A DNA stretch of 64,000 nt. Origin: Trichoplax adhaerens. Its lineage: Eukaryota; Animalia; Placozoa. Shown one piece after another: positions 28,721-43,649 of the stretch (the stretch's first letter is position 1; every line of letters starts with the position of its first letter). The notes beneath the pieces were generated by a model. The model had not been told where the DNA came from. It saw only the letters and a program-made list of their open reading frames with translations, and ran no database searches. Both the position numbers and the translations under genes were made by a program. The stretch lies in contig NW_002060946.1 of NCBI RefSeq assembly GCF_000150275.1, forward strand, positions 1,326,202 through 1,390,201, written 5' to 3'.

Positions 28721-31616
28721 TAAAAATCTTAGTATGTAAGATGATGTATTTTTACATCAAGGTAATAAGGTTTGATTTTAGTAAAGCTGAAGTAAGATTC
28801 CTTATTGTTATAAGTTTGATAATTAAATTATGGGAATCGAAGCACTATAAAAATCAGTAATATGTAGGATTACGTGTAATAATAGAATATTAGCAATTTT
28901 AGCATTTCACTGCAAACGATATTCGAGCTACGTATATGCATTTATTTTACCTTCTAGGCAATGATAAGTTTGCTTTAGCCATTTCTGCAACTCAATATAT
29001 ATGTATACAGTATCTACTAGATAGTAGTTAAGCTTTTCCCAAGTGCATATCTTTGTATTTAGTATAACAACATTTAAAGGCCTAAGATCTTTTATTGATA
29101 TTTCAGTGTATGGTAATGCTAGCATCGTGCAACTGATGTAACTCTTTAGTAAGATATCCATATTTAATACAGATATATACGATACTAAGGGTATGATATG
29201 TATCAGTTGGGAAGTTTATTGAAAAAATTCAACCACTTTCCATAAGATTAAAAGAATGACTATAAAAGTACTAAATTATACCTTAGCGAAAATTTTCGAG
29301 AGAATTAGATTAGTAGAGATTGAAACCAGTGCTAAAGATAATTAATTTAAAAACTTCCCTTACTATATCTTGCATTGAAAATTAATTGAAATTGACAAAA
29401 TCATAAATTCTGGTGTAGAATATAATCATTATGATACTGTAATATATCTAAATAAACAAATTAATTAGCAGTAAAATTCATATGAATACAAGATTGGTTA
29501 CCAACAAAGGACTGAAAATTAATTAAATATTTCGATATATTGTGTGTGCAAGGCATCATAGGTAGATTCCTAAACAAAATATCCCAATGAAGACATTTAT
29601 TGATAGTAAAATAATGAGAGCTTATTTAAGTAAATAGTAAGAGATGTCATTTGGATAATTTATTATAGGCGAGTACCTATTCTGTAACTACGACCTGTAT
29701 GGAAACTAAGACAAAACTGTTAAATTATATCACAATTGAATCATTACAATTCATGTAATTTACTTTATTGAGGTGATTGATTTGCCAGATAAAGCCATAA
29801 ATGGGTCATTAGAAACGCAGAATGGGAATTAGGACCAATGCTTTAATACTGATTTCAGTGTTTGCTTACAGAGATTTTCTCGCATATTGCTGCAATGGCC
29901 GAGTAATAGTTTCCTGCTACTACTGTTGGTTTGCCTACGTAGCCCAAAATTTGAGTTAACAAAAATTAAGTAATTCCTTAATGTGACACACAAGGTCAAC
30001 ACCGAAAAATCGCCTTGAATAATAAAGTTTATTGATACATCCGTCTATCAGAGAAGATTTTCCCTCCTCATAAGAACAGTTGAAAGCGACTAGTGTCAAT
30101 CGAATAATTGTACTTTAACTCTTATATGGCAGACAGTTCACATAATCCTACATTTGGCTATCAGATATGGCCTTAACTGGAAAATCCCGTCTTATACTAG
30201 AAACAGTACAAGTGCGTAGTCTCATCCTTTTAGCTACCTACTGTACTTCTACAATTAGCTGAAACCATTACAGTTGCTCCACTTTGTTCAGCATAGAATT
30301 GGAATTGTCTTGTTCTTCAAGACTGAGACGATATTTCAAGTTAATTATAGTATCAATTTCTAAGCCACTAATGTTTGCAATTCGTCTATCATTATGGCAT
30401 GGGCAAGCCATTGGGACTCTAAAACACTTCTTTAGTTAAGTGCAAATAATTTTAACTATTGATCACATATGCAACAACATACGCGTATACATCGGTCACT
30501 ATGCTACATCGCTGCATACTGTTGCTAATACTACCAAATTATACATGTAAAGCTAAGAGTGAATTATTAGTGATATTGATGGAGCTAAATATTTGTCTTA
30601 CTAACAGACTGATGATCTTTTTTTCTTTAATTTTTCTATTCGTTAATATGGGAAATGGCTTTGAGTGCTACGGAATAGCATATGTAACGATTAATATAAC
30701 CAGCTCTGTTAATGGTCCATACTTCGTATCTTTTGTGTCCGTAAGCAAATACTTACTAAGCCATGCTTAAGTCTATATCTGCTCACTGCAGAAAGGTATT
30801 GCAATATTATTATAGAAATTTTAGCGATCGCAATAAGCAAAATCATGCAAATACTGTAGCAATTTAATACGAAATCTATCTGGATTATCGATAATTTTGT
30901 ACTGGTAAACTACCCCGTTCAAGCGAACAGGGATATAATTTGCAGAAAGCAATAAAGTAAAAGAAAAATTAACAGATAGACTGCCTTAGTTGGCTACGAT
31001 GCGCGATCGACGACGTCGAATAAACTATTGTATTTACTGTTTACATAACATAAAACCTATATATTTCATCGTTCATCTAATTTCACTTTATGATAACCTT
31101 TTATGGTCCTTTGAACAATATGTACTATAAAATGTAGTGTACTACGCAACATTCTTATCAACAACACTAACGCAACTTCACCATTTTACCCTGCAAATAA
31201 TAGACTACATATACCGTAAATGATGCTATATTTGCTCTGAAATACGCAAGATTAATGTTAATAGCGTGATTTATATCTAGATATTCAGAAAATTTTATTA
31301 CATCGGCGTTGCTGGTTTGTTATTTTATAAATTGTAAAATAATTATAAAATTGCTAGAATTATATATTTATATAATATAAAACTATGGAGAAAACTGCAT
31401 AAACCTTACTAATTTATAGAAAGATTCAATGTGAGCGACTTAATAATAATTCGACAATATGTGAAGGCTAACTTTAAAAAAGATGCTATTTCATGATTAT
31501 GACAATATATAAAATAAAATATTAGTTAGAATTGTTGTTAGAATTTAATGATCATATCGAAATAATTTGACACAATCGATAATTTGTGGAGTGGAAGCTA
31601 TGAAATCACTTTGTTA

Positions 31617-32457
31617 TTAATCATAGTAAGCTCCACCAATCCACCAGTTTGTTGTCGATGTAATGTTGCTAGTGCATGAAAAATGTGGATTGAATCTATA
31701 GTAAGAACCGAAGACACCTTCACTATCTACTGTATCAGGTACACTGAACCTTCCACAATTCTTCTTAGCGTATGACAGATCTACGAACAAATGATAGTTA
31801 CTAAAGCTATAGAATGGAATACTACACTTACTGCATGAATGTCCACGAATATTGATATAATCGACTATGGCACAAGTCCAAGTATTTCTACTAGCGAGAA
31901 GATGGTCATATGCACAAAAGGATACCCTTAAGTAATCTTGATGATTTACTAATCCTTTCTCTCCTTGGTTATCAAAGTTACACGTAACATGAAAATGCGT
32001 TGATAATGCAGAACCTTTTAAAGCCGTCATCTTAGCTTTAGAAAGCCGATATTTTGACCAATTAGGAGTACATTCATTAGCTGGAGCATTATAATGAAAA
32101 CTCTTACGAAAGGTAGATGTTGCTGCGTTGGTTCTCGACAATGATTCTATAAGAGTCCACGAAAACCCTGGATCCGATTCAAAATCACAAAACGCTAGAT
32201 ATGGTTTATTTGTAGAGTCATAAAGCGTAAAATATCCATTCTGAGAGACGCGATAGGTACTTTTAGCAGCAACACATGTTGTCGGTTTCGGTTTCATAAC
32301 CTAATAATAACATAAAAAGGGTAGTATAAGATTATAAAATTGATTTCCGTAATGCTACTTAATGAATATCGAAAAAATTGGCTTAATTTACAGAAGATCT
32401 TGTTTGAGCTAGCAACACGATTAGGATCGAGCAAATATACAAAGTGTAATTTATCAT
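31617..32457 (-). CDS. Array copy 4 (intact), 249 aa
   Basis: Exon 1 (32392-32457) MINYTLYICSILIVLLAQTRSS. Exon 2 (31617-32300) is open, has 10 Cys and ends TTNWWIGGAYYD*. Confidence 0.9.
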
Positions 32458-34058
32458 TTTTACTCAGTACTCCACGAACAATCTTGATATTTGAAGGTTA
32501 ATAACTAAAGCTAATCAGATCTACCCTTTTATATGTTGGTGTGGTTACCATGATATTTTCGAAGAATGTAATAAGCATTTGAATTCTGTCAATCAAATAT
32601 GTATATGATATACAATAATAAATATTTATCGAAAATTCTTCTGGCGTAAAGAGGTCAAAGGTACCATAGTTTGGACGATGACTCATCTTACATGTCAGCT
32701 GTTATGCTTTGTAAGCAATGAGTTCTACTCCGCGAGTAAGATTTGTTACTAACTTTATTATTAAAAATGCTGGGTTTTTATAGATATTCCAGCTTACACT
32801 TTTTGCCTTTTTGCGTCGTGGAATTTTACACATACATCTAATTACTAACTATTAGAGCTATCGTTCACTTTACAACATGCACATATATATAATAAATTAT
32901 CAGTCCGCCTTTTACAATATAGTCACGTACGATATTACAAGACTACACACAAAGTCATCGTATTATAAGTACTTATATAGATGGTATTCTAATTATATAC
33001 TTAACGCTCTATCTAATACCTAATGTAACATATATTGTAGTATCTAACACTATTTACAACATTAGCTTTGTCGCATTTGCTCGTGGTGCAGTACCACGAT
33101 AATAAAGCTTCATTTTAGGAAAAGTTTAATTTAAATTCTTAGTTATTTTTGTGATTGAATTGTAAGTAACACAAAGTTCAAGCAATACAATTTCAATTTT
33201 ATGTTTACAACGCTTACAGTATGCTTGTACAGATACTACTGTAGAATCAGGAAATGTATTTGCATAGTTACTTGAGTGAGAAGATCTTAGGTTTACTTTA
33301 AAATTGTATCTGTCATGAGATTGGCAAGCATAACTCTTGTAGAACAGTAATAATTACGTACAGCAGTTTGTATCTTTATTTACATATTTATTGAATTGGA
33401 ACTAATTTCATTTTCAGAGAATAAATAGGCTCGTATGTGCTATTCATCACATTACTTATAAACTGTGTCTTTCATTGCGATATCAGAAAATATACGTCGT
33501 TAAGCAGGAATGCGGAATACTCTCAATAATATAGTACGTTATAAAAATAGTCACCAATTGCCGATAATATTGAATAAATTACCTTAAAAGTTCAATATTT
33601 ATTTATGAATCATAAGTTATAAATAATTGTTTATTATTGCATATAAATATATCTGCTATTAATTATAAGGCTTAAGTTCTATGTAATACCAATATTTACA
33701 AAGTAGCAAATATTACATCGTTTTCGTTTTTAGTATTTGACGTAAAAAGAATAACATTAATGCTTACATGCTATAATTGTTTAATTCATTAGAACGAGTT
33801 GAATTTCCACGCCTATTTCAGCATCTGCACAACATGATCGTAGTTTGTGGGCTTTGTTATCTTATACTTCCAAGTAAACCGTCAATAAAGTCTAATTATA
33901 TTCGGAAAATAATGGGGTATGAAACTAGGGTGTAGAATCTAAATCTGCTTCGGCCATTCTAGCCATTTCTAGACATTCTAAAATAATAGCAAGCCTGAAA
34001 TTGCAATTACACATTAGAAACATTAAATATAACGTGGTCAATATCGATCTAATACTTT

Positions 34059-34997
34059 TGTAATGAAGGTTAATTTTTAGAATTTTCCTTCAAGTTCTTT
34101 TATTGTAAGTATTCTAGCTTAGTTTTGTATCGTGATAAGTATTCTAACTTTAAAAAAATATAACTTATTTGGTTGATTATAATGGTAGATTTTACTTAGT
34201 AGCTTAGTATCTTGTAAACCCGACTGCTTTATTCGGGTTAGAAGTTAACATTATCCGTACCTTAATTTTTGTTAAGAATCCGATATTACGATTTTTTAAT
34301 TCAAGCGATATATTTAGTTGATAGAATACATGTGTGCTAATTTTGATCATTAATTACAGTAGAAGTTGATGTTACTTTGTAATTTCATACAGTATGAACC
34401 CAAAACATTGATCTAGGATTGTTATTTTGACTTAGTGTATACTGTACAAATGTACAGTTTCAAGCTAAACTATACTTAGTATTAATTTAGTAGTTTTCGG
34501 GAATCTAGGGTATAATTTATCTTATCGTGTGTGTTTGATTGCTAGTTTAATTTGGAGTACTTTAGAATGATTTTGGATAGTCTAAAGCCATCAACTGCTC
34601 TGTGTAGCATATGAAAGGTGGTATACGTCGGTAATTGAGAGCAGTTGAAGTTAGAGAAGACGAGAAAAGTCTAGGATGATCGTAAGTTACTTCATTAATT
34701 GATAGTTTGGTTGGTTGAGGCAGTAGTTCTGCCCGTATTTTGTTATTCATAGAAGTTTTGCTAAGATTATCGTTAAAGTTATAATAAAGTGTTGTTTTCC
34801 CTTAATTTATTTTGTTTGGACTTCAATTATTGGTAGTTTAATTTAACATAGAAAATTTTATTTTATTTTTGAATCCGATACTGCCCTTTAATGAATTGCT
34901 ATACTACAGTAATTGCGTATATTATCAAATACAGATACCAAATAAGTCTTTACTTAAATAATCGAATATCTTTTGTAATCTGTATAAGGGTGTGACA
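34059..34997. mobile_element. Possible solo LTR (939 bp)
   Basis: Starts TGTAATG and ends GTGTGACA, the same end as family A. Flanked by CTTT on both sides (34055-34058, 34998-35001). Interior is T/G-skewed. A 4-bp AT-rich TSD is weak evidence. Confidence 0.45.
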
Positions 34998-36367
34998 CTT
35001 TATGTCAATGGAATGATCTATAAGATGCAATCGAGATATATTCTACTGCAATAGTTAATCTCCAGCATTAATATTATTATAAAATGTCTCAACAATAAAT
35101 ACACATTACATAAGTAAAAACAATACAGAATTATTATCAAAGCTTAAGTTCATCAATCGGAAAGCTTAATAGGCAAATAAATTAAGAGGGTATTCAGAAC
35201 ATTAGATTGCCATGAGTTAACGCTGTCTAGATGGTGTCAGTTACATCTTAATATTGCCTATTTTCATGTAATATCAAATCATTCATCGTAGATGGAGGGA
35301 AATTGAAATGTGAGTATGTATTTATCATCGATACATTTTGAATTAAATGGGATATTTATGAAACATGGAGTGTTAATAAGACCTGCTTGCTTTGGGGTGG
35401 CATGGAGGAAATTATAAATTTTCGGAATTAGTTATTAGGGCTAAGGTACAGATAATATGATCATTAGGTACCAGTACTTCTATCTTAGTGTAATAAAGTG
35501 TCTTCAAAATAATGAAAAAATAACTAAAGTTTCTTGTAAACTGCATTTTATTACATAAGTTAGGTTCGTTATCCAACTACCAAAGACTACATAACTGCGA
35601 CAAATTATCTATATTATTAAAGCCTAATCCATGATTTATGTACAATTAGTTACAGAATGATTCTTTAGCAATATAATAATATAAATTTATTAGACCAATT
35701 TTGCTGGTTTCGAATCGGGGAATTAAGAGAACATCGGTAGAAAGTCTCTTATGAAATCACACACATTCATAAATGCGGCAATTAGTAGTCACAGAAGGTC
35801 TATAATGAGATTTACAGGCGTCCGAGAACTATTAATTTGAGATCTACGGTACGTTACCCGATGCTTATAATTAATACAATTTGATATGGTTGTACACATT
35901 GGTACATGTGAATATATTTGATCAGCGTAGGAAAGCCTTAAAATACGTCGATAAAATATATTGACATGCTTGATGATAGAAAGCGCTATGGGATTTTAAA
36001 TGTTCACCAAGAATACGAATTATCTATAGTAGTGGAGTCTATAAGCAAATTTTTTCTGACAAACTTTATTTTTGCAAATTTTCATCGGTGATTATCGTAT
36101 TGTATAAAATTGACGGTATATAAGATATACACTTACAAAAGGTACATCGCATGTAGCTGTATCATGATTATCGATATTACTAAATAAATTCAATATTACA
36201 TAATAACAGGTACGAATATTTTATGGTGACTCTATCGTATAATTTCGATAATGTATAACTGCAATATTAATCGATAGCATTAACTAACGCTAAATTCCAA
36301 TTATTATGTAGGGATAAGTCAACGGAGTCTATAGATATCGCAGTAATAACTTAGACATGGAGATGAA

Positions 36368-37197
36368 TTAATCATAGAAGGCACCGCCGATCCACCAATT
36401 TGTTGTCGATGTGCTGTTCATAGTACAAGAAAATTTCGGGTGATAATGGACATAATTACCAAAGATATCTTCGCCAGATTTTACATCAGGAACGTTAAAC
36501 CTTCCACAACTTACTTTAGCTTGTGGAAGATCTACAAACAAATGATAATTGCTATAGCTGTAAAACGGAATATTGCATTTACTGCATGAATATCCACGTA
36601 TATTGATGTAATCGACTACGGCGCAAATCCAAGCATTTCTAGCACTAAAGAAGCTATTATACGCGCAAAAGGATACTCTTATGTAATCACGACGATTTGC
36701 TAATCCTTTCTCGTTTTGGTTATCAAAGTTACATGTCGCGCGAAAATGCGTGGATGAAGCAGCTTGTTTCAGTGCACTCATTTTAGCTTTAGAAAGTCTA
36801 TAATTCGACCAATTGGGTGTACATTCATTAGATGGAACATTATAATAAAAACTCTTACGAAAGGTAGTAGTTGCTGCATTGGTTCTTGATAGAGATTCTA
36901 TAAGAGTCCATGCAAATCCAGGATCTGATTGAAAGTCGCAAAATGCAAGATAGGGTTTGTTTGTAGAATCGTGGAGTGTGAAATATCCATTTTGGGAAAC
37001 GTGATAAATACTTCTAACAGCGGCACACGTTGTCGGCTTTGGATTAACTACCTAATCGATAATGTGAAGAATTCTTATAGTGCTAACTTCAGCTACGATG
37101 CTATAATGAAATATTCATCTAAATAGCTCACCGCTGATCTTGCAATCGGTAGTATGGCTATTACCATAAAATAGAAAAATAAAGTATATCGAAGCAT
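36368..37197 (-). CDS. Array copy 5 (intact), 249 aa
   Basis: Exon 1 (37132-37197) MLRYTLFFYFMVIAILPIARSA. Exon 2 (36368-37051) is open for 90 codons upstream of the ORF-track Met (VVNPKPTTCAAVRSIYHVSQNGYF...). Confidence 0.9.
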
Positions 37198-39210
37198 ATT
37201 TAATTTGCAATACGAAAAATTTCTGTTCACTATCGACAGTAGCCGAGAACTAGCAATAGAGAGTTTGAATTGATAATCCCAAATATCGAATTTGTCGACC
37301 TATTTATGTTCATGTGGAATTAAGATGATTATTCGAGGAATGTAGAGAATCAATTATAATATCCCGTAACGTATGCCAGTCATAGCTAAAATATAAATAA
37401 ATTTTGCGTTTGTTATGAACTTTAACCTAAATATTACTAATACAATGTTTAGATAATTTTAGTTAACGATTAACCCTCTGATTTTATCTTAGTAGGGCCT
37501 CAATAATATTGATTTTAGAAATGCTCAGCCTAATATTTAAAAATACCTTAGACTTTGGCATAAATTTCATCAAGGTTAAATTAAATAACCTAAAGTGGAA
37601 GTTCGTGATCACTTTATAAGTTGTGCCCAGTGGCATGAAAATTTTCGCTTATTCCAGGTCAATATGCATATGTAAAATAAAAGAACTAATTCAATCGAAA
37701 AAATAAACTCCTTGATACCGTAATCTATTTCGAGAGGAAATGCTACCGTAGATATTGATTTAACAACGATTAATAATGTTAAATGTAAGTTAAGAGAAAT
37801 AAACAATGAACACTGTAGCACTCTGTGGTTGTAGGCCGATTAAAGTAGTCAGTAGCAGTCTCGGCTATAGTGTTGCTTGTGATGCTCCCAGCGTAGTACG
37901 ATTTATGTCATGTTATTTATGATTTTGGCATCGTTATTGCATCAGAAATTTCGATGCATTGATTTTTATTGTGTAATTATTAGAACATTGAAAAGGGGAC
38001 GATTATTATTGTAACAGCTGCAAAGGATATGTTCTCGCTTTTTGCTGTAATCCTCTTTCCATTTCGGAATAAAATGCTGTAAGCGTAAATCCTCATGACC
38101 GTAATGTTAAGAATAACGTTAACATGACTCTTTTCTAATTTATTCGAAAATGTGTAAGAAATTGCAACATAGCCGTGTGGTCATACTCGAAGCGCCAAAT
38201 TATGTAGTAGTTGGGTTTTACAACCCCTTAGGTTCGCAATCGTCTAATTCAAAATCTAAGTTATTGAAATTGAGCAAATTTCTAACGTGACACAAGATCA
38301 GATTAACACCGTGTTTAACCTTAGAAGTATCCGTTTATTAATAGAGCGTCTGACAAGAGAAGAATCCACTTTTCTTCCCTCATAAAAATAGCTGAAAGTG
38401 GGCTAAGACAAAATGGATAATTGATTTAGCCTCCACGATAACAATTCCATATTACCTAACAGTTATATTAAGACATTACACAAAAACATCACCCTATATA
38501 GCTGTCTACCGCGGCCTTATACGCACATAGTATGGGTAGCATAAGTACACCGTTTCATCATTAGCAGTCATGAAATTACTTTATAAGCATAGTAGACTGT
38601 ACAACTTCTTAATGCTACCGTACTCAATTACTACTGTAATTAGCTGAAACTATTACAGCGTCATAGGAAAATGAAAGTTATGAGAGTTATATGTAATATG
38701 ATGCTTTTCCCGATCTGTAATGAAACTTGTTCTACCAACTATAATTGGTGTGTAGATCATACAAGTAATTTTATAATAGCAGATTTTATTACTGGCTCTC
38801 TACCGATTGAGATGCTACGTAATAGTACAACAAGCTCTGATAGACAAGGAAAATTTCTTATAATAGCAGATCTTAGAAAAGAAAGACTAAGAACAACAAT
38901 AACTGAAAAACGTAGCTGCTTATCTAACTTCGTTACAACATAACGATTACGAACAACTTAACACTTTGAGAACTTAGTATGAGAATAAAATTCTATCATT
39001 ACTACAGTTTTCTACGAAACTTAAGCCAGTGCATTCTTTACGCCAATAACATGATCATATTCCAACTTGTTATTACAAATCTATGATGTTGACAACCTAC
39101 ACAGTAACACTATCATCATCATCACAAACACTTATTACAAATACTAAATTTTTACGGTAACATCGAAGGAATGATCAAATTATTAATAAAAGATTTCACT
39201 TACAAAGTAA

Positions 39211-39432
39211 TTTCATTGGCGAATATCGATTATGTGAAATTTATGTAAGTATGTGCACTTAGAGGGTCATAAACCATATAGTATGGAATTAATTACATTG
39301 CTATTAGCAAATTGCACAGCGATTTCATTGGCGAATATCAATTATGTAAATTTTTTCCACTCATAAATACGGACATGTGGAGGGCCATTGGTCATGTAAC
39401 ATACAACTTAACTATATTACTGCTGGCAAGTT
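39211..39432. repeat. Degenerate two-unit tandem duplication (~112 bp)
   Basis: TTTCATTGGCGAATATC(G/A)ATTATGT at 39211 and 39323, with weaker similarity continuing downstream. Confidence 0.6.
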
Positions 39433-40131
39433 TGAATGTAAATCTTTAAAGGTTAAAGATCAATCATGAGATTGTGCAATCGTTAAAATGACAGGTATTT
39501 GATAGTATTGATTAGTTTACTAAGATATGATTTGTAATTGCTCTTCGATTGATGTAGTTAACTGATGGTAATTTCATATATGTTAATAGAACTGTAGTGA
39601 AGCCCCAAATAAGCTTAAGACTAAGATTATAGAATAATGCGACAATAGATAAATTGTGCGCTAGGCTGTAAGACTGCATACGTGTCTAATTATAGAAGAT
39701 GTTTAAAGTACGTATTGTAGTAAATTATATTGAAATGCTTATATTAAGAATCAGAGATAATAATAGATAGCGTTAATTATGTTAGTATTGTGAGATTTGT
39801 ATTGTGATGCTTTAATCAGAAGCGCGATAGTAAATTTAGATATGATCTTGTAACTTAATTTATGAGATCTGATTGTGTTTGAAAGAAAATCATTGTGTCA
39901 CTAATTGTATATAAATTGTGAATATTGCTATGATAATTCATACCGTCCAGAGATAGTCCTATTGAAGCTAGATAGCTCTTGGTACTTGTAAGATGAACCT
40001 AATCTATGTAATAAAGTGAAATTTACAAGAAACTGTAGTTCTATTGATTTTTTAAAAGACACTTTATCACAAGAACATAATCTGGTTTAGTCGATAATAG
40101 TGTACCACGGAAATAGCGGTATGGCTAGAAA

Positions 40132-40968
40132 CTAGTCATAAAAGGCACAGCCGATCTACCATTTTGTAGTCGTGGTGCTATTCGCCACACAAGAGAATTT
40201 CGAGTCGGTATAATAGGATTGACCAAAACTTGTTCATTTGATATTGCATCAGGAAAATTAAATTTTCCACAGCGCATTTTGGCGATTGAAAGATTCACAA
40301 TTGTACGGACACTACCATATCCAATAAATGGAATACTACATTTACTGCTAGAATATCCTCGAATATTGATATAGTCAACCTCAAGATAATCCCAATCACT
40401 TCTAGAAGTAAGGAAATGCCTACATGCACAAAATTGTACCTTAATATAATCTTGACGATTTGCTAATCCTTTCCCCTTTGGCTATCAAAGTTACACGTTG
40501 TACGGAAATGAGTCGATGATGAAGCACTTTTCAATGTAGTCATTCTAGCTTTAGAAAGTCGATAATTTGATCAATTGGGCATACGTTCATCGGACGGGAC
40601 ATTATAGTAAAAGCTCTAACGAAGTGAAGAGCTTTTTGCGTGGTTAGTCGACAGCGATCCTATAAGAGTCTACGCAAATCTGGGATCTGATCGAAAATCA
40701 CAAAAAGCGATATGGTTTACTTGTAGAATCATAAAGTGTATAATATCTATTTTGAGGGGCGCGAATTATAGTCCTAATAGCGGTACATGTTATCGGTTTC
40801 GCTTTAATTACCTTACAAACTAATAATATAAAGAATTGTTACAATATCGGATTTATACTACGAGCTCTATTTTAAAATCCGAGCTAAACTACTCACCGCC
40901 AATTTCAATGCAGGTATTATAGCTATCAAGATCAGATAAATAAGTTTATACAAAGTCCACTGAGCCAT
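40132..40968 (-). pseudogene. Array copy 6: pseudogene
   Basis: Exon 1 (40897-40968) is intact: MAQWTLYKLIYLILIAIIPALKLA. Exon 2 (to 40811) has frameshifts and stops at conserved Trp codons (40670-40672, 40571-40573, 40156-40158). Confidence 0.85.
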
Positions 40969-42077
40969 ATTTGAATTAACATGGAGATACACTTTTACCT
41001 GGAAGATGATTGGTAGAAAACTATCAGCAAGGAACTTTGAATTATTGAGTGTAAATATCCGGGGTTTTTAATCTACTGACTCTTTTATATTCTCGTGAAA
41101 TCGATCCGATTTATTTGAAGAATGTAGTCAGCATATTAAGTATATCAATCACAGATGAGCATAAAAAAATTTATATTTATGAAAGAAATCTGGCTTGCAT
41201 TCTGTTTGTGGAACTTTGAAGCAATATTTCTTCGAATTTTACTTTATTATTTTCGTTTAAGTAATACAGATAAAGAATATTGATTTAGGATCAAATTGAG
41301 TATCCCAGGTATATTCTCCTGCATGTCTTGGACTTCGAGCGAAAGTATAAACTTCTCTAGTACCAGTATTTCAGAAACCTAATTCATAATCCAACCTCTT
41401 GTCTACGTTGAAAAGTCAAGATGAAGTTAAGATAACCATTAAATGTAAAAGCTTAAATATCCGATGTCAATGTTGCTAAACATTAACGATATATTGTTTC
41501 GCGCTATCACCCATTAAAAGAAAATTCATAGCTAGATTCTCTTACTATATATGAATCCCTTCCTAGAGATAGGTAGCTGATTCAGTACGTATCAATATTT
41601 AGCTATCTACAGAAACTTCAGAATGATGACTAGCTTATGTAATGGATTGAAAATTTACGTTCTACTTGCAACTTTGATCGAATACATTAGTCAAATAGAT
41701 TTACTTGATACTAATAGCGGGGTTTGGCTTTAGATAAAAATATTCGATATATAGAATAAATTTTGATGCCAGATAAGATTTGCTTTATTTAATTAGTTTA
41801 TTTGCATTCTAAATACTCTAATATGGCTAAGCAGCATACTTCATATTTGCTATATTTTAATCTAATTTCGCTTTGTTAACAAATCAGTAATTCTGTGCTA
41901 TATTAGTAACCTCTAATCCTATGACACCTGCATATTTGAGAAGCATTTATATAACAATATTATGCATTATTTAGAACATTCTTCCTTCAAAAACTACTTT
42001 AAACCGGGCTTTCATATATCACTTAATAACCAGATACCAGTACAGAGTTTAGATTATTGCTGGCCTTACAGCGGATT

Positions 42078-43649
42078 TCAGTATCGACCTCCAATCCGCC
42101 AATTCGTAGTTGCTGCATCCTTTATAGCACAGCCGAATAAAGCATCGTAAAAATCATAGCTTTCGAAAACAGCTTCGGTATTTGCCTTCTGTACTATAGT
42201 TTGCACTTGGTCGCATTTTACTTTCAGCTGAGCAGGATTTATTAATGAATAAAAATTAAGAGCGCCAATATATAATGGAATGCTAGAGTGGCTACATGAT
42301 TTTCCTCGAAGATTTAAACACCTGACTTTAGCGCAATGCGATTCTTCACTTAGTATCTTTCTATTCTAATCATGGATTTGAGTATAGCAAATGAGCATAG
42401 CAAGTTTCAAATTATGTGATATACGCGTATATACTTTATCGTTTTAATTAAAAGTTTCTATATCAATAAATTTTTAAGCCAAGAAATTAAAAGAGTTAAA
42501 GACTTGTGTCTGACAGGTCTATCAAATGGTAATACTATCTGTTAAATGAGCACATTATCGTAAATCGTCAGCAAAGCGACGGGAGTTTGCACTAGTAACT
42601 TACAGTAAGAACTACGGTAGTTATTATTTTGTTACAGTAAATTATGCTGTACTGTAGTAAGAGTTCTTATACGGTAACTAATGTTAATTGATTATAGTGT
42701 TATGTCTTGTAACGCTTGTGATGAATATTCTGAAGATATTCAACTATAGATGATACTATGAATAATTCTGCATATGACCATACTGTAATCTAATTATCTA
42801 GAATCGTTCAGTACATGTCTAAGATTATGAATAATTTCTGTATTAATTTAGCTATACAATATGAACTAAATTTTCATGAACTGTTGTGACTAATGATAGC
42901 AGCTACCGAAGGATATTTAAGCTCGGTAGATAGCTGAATAAAAGAGAGTCCTATAGCTGTTTAAGGTAGAAGTAAAGGCGTCTTAATTCTTGTGAGATAG
43001 TTCAGGAATACTGAATCCCGGAGACTACAGTAATTTAGAGATTTGTCTTACCTTATCTTTGTCACGAAGCTGGCTTGTGACAACTTGATAAAAGTAATGA
43101 ATTAGATTGTATCTCAATTAATATATTTACGTATTATGGTCATCATTTTAAAACAGTAGATATTTTAGTAATATATTTATCGTAGCATTGTTAAGTAGAT
43201 AAAAGGTTATTAAAATGTAGTCGAAATTACAATATGAGCACTATTAAGTTCCAGAAGTCTATAAACTGATTCAATTTAGTGCTTATATTGTCGGCTAAAG
43301 ATCATAATAAATGTCCTTCCTAATGAACCGTTTTAATGGATTGCTTAGTATCCAAGTAAATCTGGACTCTGATTAAAATCATAAAGAATAAGATAGGATA
43401 AAGCTATCGAATTATGGGTGATTGATGTATGTCCTATAATACAATACACACTAAGTCTGAGCCTAAAATAGATAGATGGTGCTGTTCTAGGTTAGACTTC
43501 CTAGTTCGTCATATAAAAAATGTTATTTTAACGGCATTAATTTGTGTGCTTGTATGCTATAGGGGAACAACTTAATGATGCTCTTTCAACCTTGCCATTC
43601 GTTATATAGAAATTGAAACCAAAAATAGGTGCAAATTTCACTTATACAT
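42078..43649 (-). pseudogene. Array copy 7: highly degenerate, split pseudogene
   Basis: C-terminal remnant at ~42078-42370 (...TTNWRIGGRY*). N-terminal-like remnant at ~43250-43500 (YDF..SP..W). Stop-containing signal-exon remnant ending at ATG 43649. About 0.8 kb of unrelated DNA lies between the parts. Confidence 0.5.

Noticed and set aside
36368-36781. Treating the 137-140-aa ORFs (36368, 54157, 62829) as N-truncated proteins
   Set aside because: Each reading frame is open for exactly 90 more codons to a splice acceptor and joins a signal-peptide exon, so these are full-length genes.
40132-40968. A-to-I editing or stop readthrough rescuing TAG/TGA-for-Trp copies
   Set aside because: The same copies carry frameshifts, non-Trp stops or truncations that editing could not repair; ordinary pseudogene decay is sufficient.
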